A DNA stretch of 64,000 nt from positions 1 to 64,000 of the IMG/VR virus record IMGVR_UViG_3300035670_000045, one strand, 5' to 3'. The DNA comes from a virus. Of this stretch, positions 57,281-64,000 are shown piece by piece (the first letter of the stretch is position 1; each line of letters starts with the position of its first letter). A program made the position numbers and the translations under genes. Under the pieces are notes generated by a model that was given only the letters and a program-made list of their open reading frames with translations, had not been told where the DNA came from and searched no databases.

Positions 57281-58024
57281 ATGTCGAACTTCTCTCAGTG
57301 GAGCCCGTACACGAACTACGTGCAGGCGGGCAAGGTCGACGGGCAGTACGCCAACGGGGCTCACACCCTCTTGGCGGTCGGCCCGCCCCGTCTCGCGAAC
57401 ATCGGCGGTGCGGCGAGCCTGGCGGGCGCCATCACGGGTGCCGGTGCCAACCAGATCGTCTACCCGATGGGCCTGGTGCAGCAGTTCGCGAAGAGCGAGA
57501 ACCGCAACTTCGCTCGTCTCTTCGAGCTCGGCTCGGAGCGAAGCTACTTCATCGGTGGCCGCACGGTAGGTCAGCTGTCCATGTCGAACGTGTACTACCA
57601 CGGGGCGTCGCTGCTCCGTGTCCTGTACGCGTACTACCAGGACTTCCTGCCGCCGACGTTCGTCCCGCCCATGTTCCCGAACGCGGGGGCACAGGCGATG
57701 TCGAACCCTCACGACGTGATCATCCCTCCGGGGTACGAGAACATCTTCTACAACCTGGCGTCGGACCTCTTCACCCAGCCGGTGGGGATCCTGTTCTACG
57801 TCCGGGACATCAACCAGAAGACCCTCGGCGCGGTGTTCTTCGAGGCGTGCTACGTCCCGAGCCACTCGCTCTCGGTCGACGCGCAAGGTGTCCTCATCCA
57901 GGAGCAGGTGTCCATCCAGTACGAGCGCGCGGTGCCCGTCCAGGTGGCAGCCCTCACGCTCATCAACTCGAACAGCCAGAACTCGACCGGGGCCAACGTG
58001 ACGTTCCCCGGGCTGGTGGGCTGA
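57281..58024 (+). CDS. Tail tube protein (putative)
   Basis: Directly after the sheath; GLVQQF..RLFELGS, FFEACY..SHS and EQVSIQYER. Confidence 0.75.
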   Translation: MSNFSQWSPYTNYVQAGKVDGQYANGAHTLLAVGPPRLANIGGAASLAGAITGAGANQIVYPMGLVQQFAKSENRNFARLFELGSERSYFIGGRTVGQLSMSNVYYHGASLLRVLYAYYQDFLPPTFVPPMFPNAGAQAMSNPHDVIIPPGYENIFYNLASDLFTQPVGILFYVRDINQKTLGAVFFEACYVPSHSLSVDAQGVLIQEQVSIQYERAVPVQVAALTLINSNSQNSTGANVTFPGLVG

Positions 58025-58027
58025 CCT

Positions 58028-58411
58028 ATGCCCACCCCGTTCAAAGGGAAGGCCTCGTTGGAGCTCCCCGGTACGCCGGGGTTGGCTTCCCAAGTCCTCG
58101 AGTTCCTCCTGGACAGCCAGTACACCTCGAAAGCCGAGTACGAGTACGAGCTCCCCGCGAGCTCGGGCACGCAGTCGGTCAACTTCGGGTCCATGCCGAG
58201 CGCGGGAGCGAAGGCCGTGCTCGTGCACTACGAGTCGAAGTCAGGGGCGCCTCCGGTGCTCCTCACGCTCAACGCCGGAAACCAGCCCGTCGAGCTCTCG
58301 ACGGGCGGTTCCCTGTTCCTCGGCTCCCCGGCCCCGGTCAATGGCATCACTGCCATGTCCATCGCGTACACCGGTGCTGGCCGCGTGCGCGTTTGGTTGC
58401 TAGGAGGGTAG
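58028..58411 (+). CDS. Hypothetical virion protein
   Basis: 127-aa beta-rich ORF in the operon. Confidence 0.7.
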   Translation: MPTPFKGKASLELPGTPGLASQVLEFLLDSQYTSKAEYEYELPASSGTQSVNFGSMPSAGAKAVLVHYESKSGAPPVLLTLNAGNQPVELSTGGSLFLGSPAPVNGITAMSIAYTGAGRVRVWLLGG

Positions 58412-58413
58412 GG

Positions 58414-58950
58414 ATGTCCGAGTGGTTCGATCTCGCGAAGCAGGTGGTCCCTCCCTTCCTCACGGGCATCCTTGGGGTGGCTGGGACGTGGGCTGCAACC
58501 CGCCGGAAAGAGGCGAAGGATGCGGCGCGCCTGCTTCGTGAGACTCGAGCTCTCCGGGATGAGGTGGACGAGCTCGGGCATCAGCTGGGCGTTGCCCGAG
58601 AAAGCCTGGATGGTCTGCTGGGGGTCGACTTGCTGAAGGACAAGGCCACCACCCTGTCCGCCACCATCAAGGAGATGACGGCCAGCCTCGCCAGTCGAGG
58701 GACGGACATCCGGATTCTGCAGAGTGACATGGGGCTCCTCCGTGCGAGCACCTCGCAGCTCGAGTTGGCCCGCGATGAGTTGCGGAAGGCCGTAGAGCGC
58801 CTGGATACTTCGACAGCCACCTACACTCGGGAGAACGCGGAACAATGGCAGGACATCAATCGAGCGATCGGGCGGATCGAGGGGATCTTGCACTCCCTGC
58901 AACGCCGGCCAAGCAACGACGGTTTTCCGTCCCCGACGAGGCCGAGATAG
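58414..58950 (+). CDS. Membrane-anchored coiled-coil protein (holin/spanin-like possible)
   Basis: Start ATG 58414 (AGGAGG); N-terminal TM segment FLTGILGVAGTWAA, then heptad repeats. Confidence 0.65.
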   Translation: MSEWFDLAKQVVPPFLTGILGVAGTWAATRRKEAKDAARLLRETRALRDEVDELGHQLGVARESLDGLLGVDLLKDKATTLSATIKEMTASLASRGTDIRILQSDMGLLRASTSQLELARDELRKAVERLDTSTATYTRENAEQWQDINRAIGRIEGILHSLQRRPSNDGFPSPTRPR

Positions 58951-59132
58951 CCGAGCGGGAGCGCATCCAGGAGGAGCGGGACGCCTTGTCCGCTCCCCCG
59001 GAACCGATCGCGCTGACGTTGCCGGAAGCGCAGGCCAAACAGGTCGAGCTCCGCCGGTCGACGTACAGTCGCCTGGCTGCAGTCGCCGAGACCCTCTCGA
59101 AAACGCCCATCCCTCCCCCCATGGACGGGTAG
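58845..59132 (+). CDS. Hypothetical protein overlapping the previous gene
   Basis: Fills the 58950-59142 gap; start uncertain. Confidence 0.4.
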   Translation: MAGHQSSDRADRGDLALPATPAKQRRFSVPDEAEIAERERIQEERDALSAPPEPIALTLPEAQAKQVELRRSTYSRLAAVAETLSKTPIPPPMDG

Positions 59133-59141
59133 GATGCGGGC

Positions 59142-60257
59142 ATGACCACGAAGCTCTCGTACCCTGGCGTCGGCGGGGTCGCCAACGCTGTACTCCAGGC
59201 CGCACTCGCCCGTCAGCGACGGGCAGAGGACATGGCGGCGCGCGACGACTCGGTGGAGTTCAACGCGCGCATGCAGCAGCTCATCGCCATGCGTAGTGCG
59301 CAGATGCGGCAAAACCTGCAGCACACCCGTCAGCCCATCATCCTCCACGCGGGGCACCCACCGGACTCCGGGCGTGGGGATCTCCCGCTCCTCGAGGGGG
59401 ACCATGTCCCCCCGGGGTTCGACGAGGGGATGGTCCGGATGGCGTCCGACTTCGGTGCGGAGATGGCTCGGACGGCGATGGCTAAGGAAGCCGACTTCAT
59501 GGGGTCCCTGCGGAGGGGTCTTGGGTCGGCCGGTACGGCAATCCAGCAAGGTGCGAAGAACCTGGCGGGACGAGTCGGTGGAGCGATCTCGAATCGCTCG
59601 TGGAAGCCGTCCGTCCCCAAGCCCACGGTAGCTGCCGGTGTGGGTACAAGCCCCTCGGCGATCAACACGATCAAGAACAACGGCTCGATGCCGGGCAGCG
59701 GGAACTTCAAGACGTACGAGCCGGCGAAACCTCCGCCGACGACGGTACGTACTGGCCCCGCGCCCGTTGTCCCCGATTCGCACGTTACCCCCAAGGGGCA
59801 GCCGAAGGCACCATCGCAGGAAGCAACGTTCAAGACGTGGCAGCCCCAGCAGAGTACGTGGGGATCGAATCCTTTGGACAAGCCGGCGCCCAAGGCCGCA
59901 CCGAAGGTGGCCCCCCCTGCAGCGCCTGCAGCCCCTCCTACTCCTACAGCACCGGCCCCTCCGCCTTCGCCCACCACTGGCCCAGTACCCATGGCCGAGT
60001 CCGCGGCAAATGGCCCCCCCAAGTCGGGGAAGGGATTCCTCGAGCGTGCACAACAAGACCTCGGTAACGGCAAGTGGAAGCCGAAGTTGCTCGGTCTCGG
60101 CATGGTCGCGGCGGGTACATACGGCGCGTACCGAGGGGCTCAAGCACTTGCCAGGTGGGGCGCAAAGGCGCCGCACGAGCACGAAGGGAATGAGGGTGGA
60201 GTGATTCCCCCTGCAGCCGTAAACCAGTACGGTGTTCCTGACAGGAACATCACCTAG
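59142..60257 (+). CDS. Pro-rich protein with a KEA site and C-terminal TM segment, probably leaderless
   Basis: GG-TAGGAT-N6-ATG; FGAEMARTAMAKEA; LLGLGMVAAGTYGAY. Confidence 0.65.
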   Translation: MTTKLSYPGVGGVANAVLQAALARQRRAEDMAARDDSVEFNARMQQLIAMRSAQMRQNLQHTRQPIILHAGHPPDSGRGDLPLLEGDHVPPGFDEGMVRMASDFGAEMARTAMAKEADFMGSLRRGLGSAGTAIQQGAKNLAGRVGGAISNRSWKPSVPKPTVAAGVGTSPSAINTIKNNGSMPGSGNFKTYEPAKPPPTTVRTGPAPVVPDSHVTPKGQPKAPSQEATFKTWQPQQSTWGSNPLDKPAPKAAPKVAPPAAPAAPPTPTAPAPPPSPTTGPVPMAESAANGPPKSGKGFLERAQQDLGNGKWKPKLLGLGMVAAGTYGAYRGAQALARWGAKAPHEHEGNEGGVIPPAAVNQYGVPDRNIT

Positions 60258-60267
60258 GAGACTCACC

Positions 60268-60933
60268 ATGTCCGGATCGGATCTGTTCAAAGACGCACGC
60301 GGCCTCCGCCAACTCCCCCCCGTTCACGGTCCGGAAGGCGAAGTGACCGACCTCCGCAACGACGTCAAAAAGGCGCTCGCGCCGCTGGCGTGCGTCACCG
60401 TCGAGGAGTTCACCAACCCGGTGGCTGCTTCGACCAACGGTGTGCGCGCCGCCACGGCCGCGTCCCTCGCCGTCCAGTCGGGTTCGCTGGCGGTGACGCT
60501 TCCGTACCCCCGACTCCTCTCGGTCACGACCGCGGGCGGCACCCCCACGGACGCGCCGGCCTCGGTCACCATCACGGGCACCGACGTCGACGGCAAGGTC
60601 ATCTCGGAGACGATCTCCGTCCCGCAGACGGCCACCACCGCCAACGGCACCAAGGCGTTCAAGTCCGTCACCGGGTTCGCGTTCACCGCGGGCCAGGGTA
60701 CGGACGCCACCGTCGCGCTCGGCTGGGCTGCCCCGCTCGGCCTCTCGGAAGCACCGAAGGTGCGCGCGGGTGCGGCCATCCCGACCCTCGAAGTCGTGAA
60801 CGGCGCCCGCGTCACCACCGGCACGCTCTCGGACGCGGCCACCAACCCGCCGTACGGCGTGTACACTCCGGCGTCGGCTCCGAACGCCACGAGCGACTAC
60901 GCGGTCTACTTCGAGTGCGTCCCGCGCGGCTGA
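60268..60933 (+). CDS. Abundant Ala/Thr-rich virion protein (putative)
   Basis: Start ATG 60268 (AGGAG); strong codon bias; ITGTDVDGKVISETI. Confidence 0.7.
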   Translation: MSGSDLFKDARGLRQLPPVHGPEGEVTDLRNDVKKALAPLACVTVEEFTNPVAASTNGVRAATAASLAVQSGSLAVTLPYPRLLSVTTAGGTPTDAPASVTITGTDVDGKVISETISVPQTATTANGTKAFKSVTGFAFTAGQGTDATVALGWAAPLGLSEAPKVRAGAAIPTLEVVNGARVTTGTLSDAATNPPYGVYTPASAPNATSDYAVYFECVPRG

Positions 60934-61232
60934 TCCAGCCACCAGTACGGACGCTCTTCGGGTACTGATTCCACTGCCACAGGCTGGAGCTCTTCCATCA
61001 CAGCCCGCTTCTCCATCACCGGAGGGGCGGGCTGTGTGCGTACGGGCTGAAGAAGGTCGTACACCGCTTCATTCAGGAGAGCCCGCTCCGTCGGGGACGG
61101 GTTGCGGTGGATCGTTGGGCTCGACTCCAACAGGTGGAGCAGTCCGGGGCGGAAGTGCTCGGGGTTTGTGCGGACGGCCTTTAGGAGCTCGCTTAGGTCG
61201 GGGCTCAAATAGGCTGTGTAGACGTCCTTCAT
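60906..61232 (-). CDS. Hypothetical protein
   Basis: ATG 61232 with GAGG upstream; convergent with 60268..60933. Confidence 0.5.
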   Translation of the reverse strand: MKDVYTAYLSPDLSELLKAVRTNPEHFRPGLLHLLESSPTIHRNPSPTERALLNEAVYDLLQPVRTQPAPPVMEKRAVMEELQPVAVESVPEERPYWWLDQPRGTHSK

Positions 61233-61524
61233 CCCGGAGGACCTCGAGCCCGCTGTTCCCGTAGATGTAGGCTTCGAGGTCGTCGAAGAACTTGGGGTTT
61301 GCCCCTCGACAGTCCCGAAGTTGACGAGGGATCCGCTGAAGGTTTGCCCGCCGGATGTCCTGTTCGATTTCTTCACGGAATTTCTCCAGGAACCAGTGCA
61401 GTATGGCGTGGCGAAGAGCGGCCCGTGTACTCACGAGGGACACCCGCGATCGGTACGCTCCGATTCTTCGCAGAGCGTTCGCCCACTCCAGTAACAACGC
61501 GTCCGTGCTTGCCCGGGTACTCAT
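61069..61524 (-). CDS. Hypothetical protein
   Basis: 151-aa ORF divergent from 61631; its 3' part overlaps 60906..61232. Confidence 0.5.
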   Translation of the reverse strand: MSTRASTDALLLEWANALRRIGAYRSRVSLVSTRAALRHAILHWFLEKFREEIEQDIRRANLQRIPRQLRDCRGANPKFFDDLEAYIYGNSGLEVLRDEGRLHSLFEPRPKRAPKGRPHKPRALPPRTAPPVGVEPNDPPQPVPDGAGSPE

Positions 61525-61630
61525 TCTTCATCACACCGTAGAACTTCCCCTTGAAGTACTCAAGTGCAGCAGTTATAGGAAGAGAACTTCGCGAAGGTGC
61601 ACTTCGCACAAGGAAAGGCTCTACAAGAAA

Positions 61631-62155
61631 ATGACTCTCGAAGAATTCCGCGCGGCCCTCAAGTCCGGTCAGTACGCCAGTGCCTCGAACGCCCGTCGCG
61701 GCGCCGGCAAGGCCTTCTCGAAGAACGAGGCCGACAAGGCGAAGGCGATGAAGCTCATCGACGCGCAGTTCGGTGCGGCGGAGGCGGCTCCGAAGGTGGC
61801 CAAAGCGCCGAAGGCCGCCAAGGCCCCGAAGTCGGGGAGTACGAAGTCGGACAAGGCCCCCGCCAAGCGCGGACCGCGCGCGGCCCGGAAAGTCGACGCG
61901 GCGGTCGCGGAGATCGGTCCGGTTCCCGAGGTCCACCGTGTGGAGGCCACCATCCACTTCGCGATCACGGCGCTCCAGACGCTCCACACCACCGGCCACG
62001 CGAACGAGATGGCCACCCCGCTCCGTCTGCTCGAGCGCGGCCTCAAGTACCTCGAGCGCGCGCTCCCCGTGCTCGAGGAGAAGGAAGTCGCGGCCGTCCT
62101 GAACGAGGCCTCGAGCATCTCCCTGGAGGAGATCGAGGAAGAGGCCGCCCAGTGA
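61631..62155 (+). CDS. Lys/Ala-rich protein (histone H1-like linker, possible DNA binder)
   Basis: Start ATG 61631 (GGAAAGG); APKVAKAPKAAKAPKS; acidic C-terminus. Confidence 0.7.
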   Translation: MTLEEFRAALKSGQYASASNARRGAGKAFSKNEADKAKAMKLIDAQFGAAEAAPKVAKAPKAAKAPKSGSTKSDKAPAKRGPRAARKVDAAVAEIGPVPEVHRVEATIHFAITALQTLHTTGHANEMATPLRLLERGLKYLERALPVLEEKEVAAVLNEASSISLEEIEEEAAQ

Positions 62156-62463
62156 GTGGCCGGGGCGCCATCCTGCTCAGTGAACTGCTGACCAAGATGC
62201 GCCCCTGGTTCACCCACATCCGACGGGCCACCCACGCGTCTGACCTTCAGGTCGAGCCGGGTGCGCACGCTGGGGAGTTCGCCCTTCGGATTCGCGGTCT
62301 CGGCAAAGATGCACCCTGGGAGTACACGTCCGTGTTCTCTCAGGGTCGTGTCTTTGGCGCCACGTACCCGATGGGGCCGGAAGCGTGGTCGCCACATCAG
62401 CGGCCATGCGACTTCGCTCGCGAGGTGATTCGCGAGGTCCTGACCCACCGCGGGTTCCTGTAG
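62152..62463 (+). CDS. Hypothetical protein
   Basis: GTGA coupling. Confidence 0.6.
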   Translation: MSGRGAILLSELLTKMRPWFTHIRRATHASDLQVEPGAHAGEFALRIRGLGKDAPWEYTSVFSQGRVFGATYPMGPEAWSPHQRPCDFAREVIREVLTHRGFL

Positions 62464-62477
62464 GGTACACTCGGCAC

Positions 62478-62855
62478 ATGGACATCACGCTGACAGAGCA
62501 GGAGTACTTGGCCCTGGTCGCCCTGGCGCGAGATGCGTTGAAAGGGGAGACCAACAAGACGCTGGCTCTCGAGGAGACCCTCAAGAGCATAGAGGCCCGC
62601 GCAGGTTTGCGCAGGTTTCTCCTGGTCGTGAGGTGGGAGGACCTTGGCCTGAACCCGCCGCCCTACTCCGCGGAGTTCATCGACTCGTACCCTGCGGCGC
62701 TGGAGGGGCGAATCGAGAGAGCGGATCGACCCATCGCCAAAGCGGACGTGGTCGCCTACGTGGCTACGAAGGCTCGACGTGCCGGAGAGATCTACGTCAC
62801 CCGGGACCCGGCGGGCCGGGCCGGGTGGTCGAAGCTGAGTCAGTTTTTCCCATGA
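62478..62855 (+). CDS. Hypothetical protein, probably leaderless
   Basis: GG-TACACT-N6-ATG; MDITLTEQEY... Confidence 0.7.
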   Translation: MDITLTEQEYLALVALARDALKGETNKTLALEETLKSIEARAGLRRFLLVVRWEDLGLNPPPYSAEFIDSYPAALEGRIERADRPIAKADVVAYVATKARRAGEIYVTRDPAGRAGWSKLSQFFP

Positions 62856-63148
62856 AATGCCTGAACTGCAGCCGTGAGATGTCGCCCGACGAGGGCAAGC
62901 TGTTCGCGCAGGTCCTTGTCTGCCCCGAGTGTTACACACTCGCGGTTCGCACAACGGAACGTATCGAGTCCGAGCTGCGTGCATGTCTTGCGCTGGTACG
63001 CGACCAGATTCGTGTGAAGCTCATTCAGGGGGAGCTCCGGGCCCCACCTCAGGTGGAGACTCCGCCAATGAGCAAGGCGGACCTGTTACGCGCCATGGCC
63101 GAACGATACAGTGCAGGTCATGCAAGTACTCGCGAACCAAACGACTGA
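62852..63148 (+). CDS. Small zinc-finger protein
   Basis: ATGA coupling; CLNC...CPEC. Confidence 0.7.
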   Translation: MKCLNCSREMSPDEGKLFAQVLVCPECYTLAVRTTERIESELRACLALVRDQIRVKLIQGELRAPPQVETPPMSKADLLRAMAERYSAGHASTREPND

Positions 63149-63371
63149 CGCGCACCAGCTTCGGTGCACGTTCTGCGGCATGACACAGCAGGTGGTGTAC
63201 CCCCTTGGGTGCCGACTGCGTCCGGGCGACCCCGCCATTCTGATGGACGACGAACCTTCCGTAGGGAGATGCACCCGATGTTCGAGGACCGTGATGGTAG
63301 TGGAGGAAGCTCCGAGCCCGCCGCCGCCGGTGTCATACGACCCCGTTGGGATACACAAGAAAATCAGGTGA
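63120..63371 (+). CDS. Small zinc-ribbon protein
   Basis: CTFC...CTRC. Confidence 0.6.
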   Translation: MQVLANQTTDAHQLRCTFCGMTQQVVYPLGCRLRPGDPAILMDDEPSVGRCTRCSRTVMVVEEAPSPPPPVSYDPVGIHKKIR

Positions 63372-63772
63372 CCCTGCACCGGCGAGGTTGGGCCAGCTAC
63401 GTGGGTAGAACGGGCAACTTCCGGTGCGTAGCAGAGCGACTGGAGTGGGACTACGGCACCTTCACGGTGTACGAGGCGCGAGAAGTCCGTCTGAGCCAGA
63501 TCGCTGCCTTGACATTGCTGCAGGGGGGCAGCCTGGTCGACATATTCGATGGATCCTTCGCGCTGACGCCGGGGGCGGGAGGCAAGGCGAAGCCCATGCT
63601 GTTGGCGGGGGCAGACCCTCCAAGCCTGGTGCGTCCGATGCCGACCATCGCGAAGGTGGCGCTCGTCTCCGTGGTCAGCCTCACCGACGATGGGATCGAG
63701 CTCCACGTCCTGCGCGCCAAACTGTTCCACGATCTCGTGGCTCACAACCTGTTCCGTCCTGGTGTGACATGA
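63368..63772 (+). CDS. Hypothetical protein
   Basis: GTGA coupling upstream and ATGA coupling downstream. Confidence 0.55.
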   Translation: MTLHRRGWASYVGRTGNFRCVAERLEWDYGTFTVYEAREVRLSQIAALTLLQGGSLVDIFDGSFALTPGAGGKAKPMLLAGADPPSLVRPMPTIAKVALVSVVSLTDDGIELHVLRAKLFHDLVAHNLFRPGVT

Positions 63773-64000
63773 AAAAAGCCCCCGACCCGAAGATCGACCC
63801 GTCCGTCACGCTGAGCCCGGCGGCGATGAAGTACCTCCACAACCGCCAAGACCGTATGGCGGCAGGGGCCCCGGTACGGCCTGCCACACAGGGTCCTCCG
63901 ATTCCTCGGCTCGACCTGGCCCCCGAGGAAACGGGGGTTCCCATGTCCATGGCACAGCACGCCGCGATGCAGCGGCAGCACCTCCCCCAGGCGCAAGGTG
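63769..64000 (+). CDS. Hypothetical protein (partial, runs off the window)
   Basis: ATG 63769 overlaps the upstream stop; MKKAPDPKIDPSV... is open to the end of the window. Confidence 0.55.
   Translation, partial: MKKAPDPKIDPSVTLSPAAMKYLHNRQDRMAAGAPVRPATQGPPIPRLDLAPEETGVPMSMAQHAAMQRQHLPQAQG

Noticed and set aside
26603-58024. Contractile injection system (eCIS/tailocin/T6SS) instead of a phage
   Set aside because: Terminase, portal, protease, capsid and replication genes indicate a complete DNA-packaging phage.
1-64000. Stop-codon reassignment or a diversity-generating retroelement
   Set aside because: Genes tile densely under the standard code using all three stops; no reverse transcriptase or template/variable repeat pair was seen by eye.

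Overview
This is a 64-kb segment of a large, high-GC tailed dsDNA phage with a contractile tail (sheath, tube and spike are present). No host genes, integrase, tRNA or CRISPR array are visible. From left to right: (i) a leftward replication operon (Zn-ribbon SSB-like protein, DnaG-like primase, intein-containing DnaB-like helicase, degenerate UDG, SF2 helicase); (ii) rightward head genes and a portal candidate; (iii) a leftward MoxR AAA+/VWA island; (iv) a 2998-aa single-chain beta-beta' RNA polymerase with two inteins, one directly after the catalytic DFDGD motif, coupled to a baseplate-spike gene; (v) terminase, prohead protease, scaffold-like proteins, major capsid protein, neck, decoration, sheath and tube genes, then small ORFs. 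Two signals are not explained by the gene list. First, a K-x-A(S/A/G) motif is dense in about 10 head-module proteins. It delimits glycine-zipper and ferritin-like modules and short N-terminal leaders, suggesting a protease-addressed capsid cargo/polyprotein system. Second, a TAnnnT-N6-start-codon arrangement recurs six times, suggesting leaderless promoters, including for the RNAP gene. All assignments come from motif recognition by eye; no database search was run.
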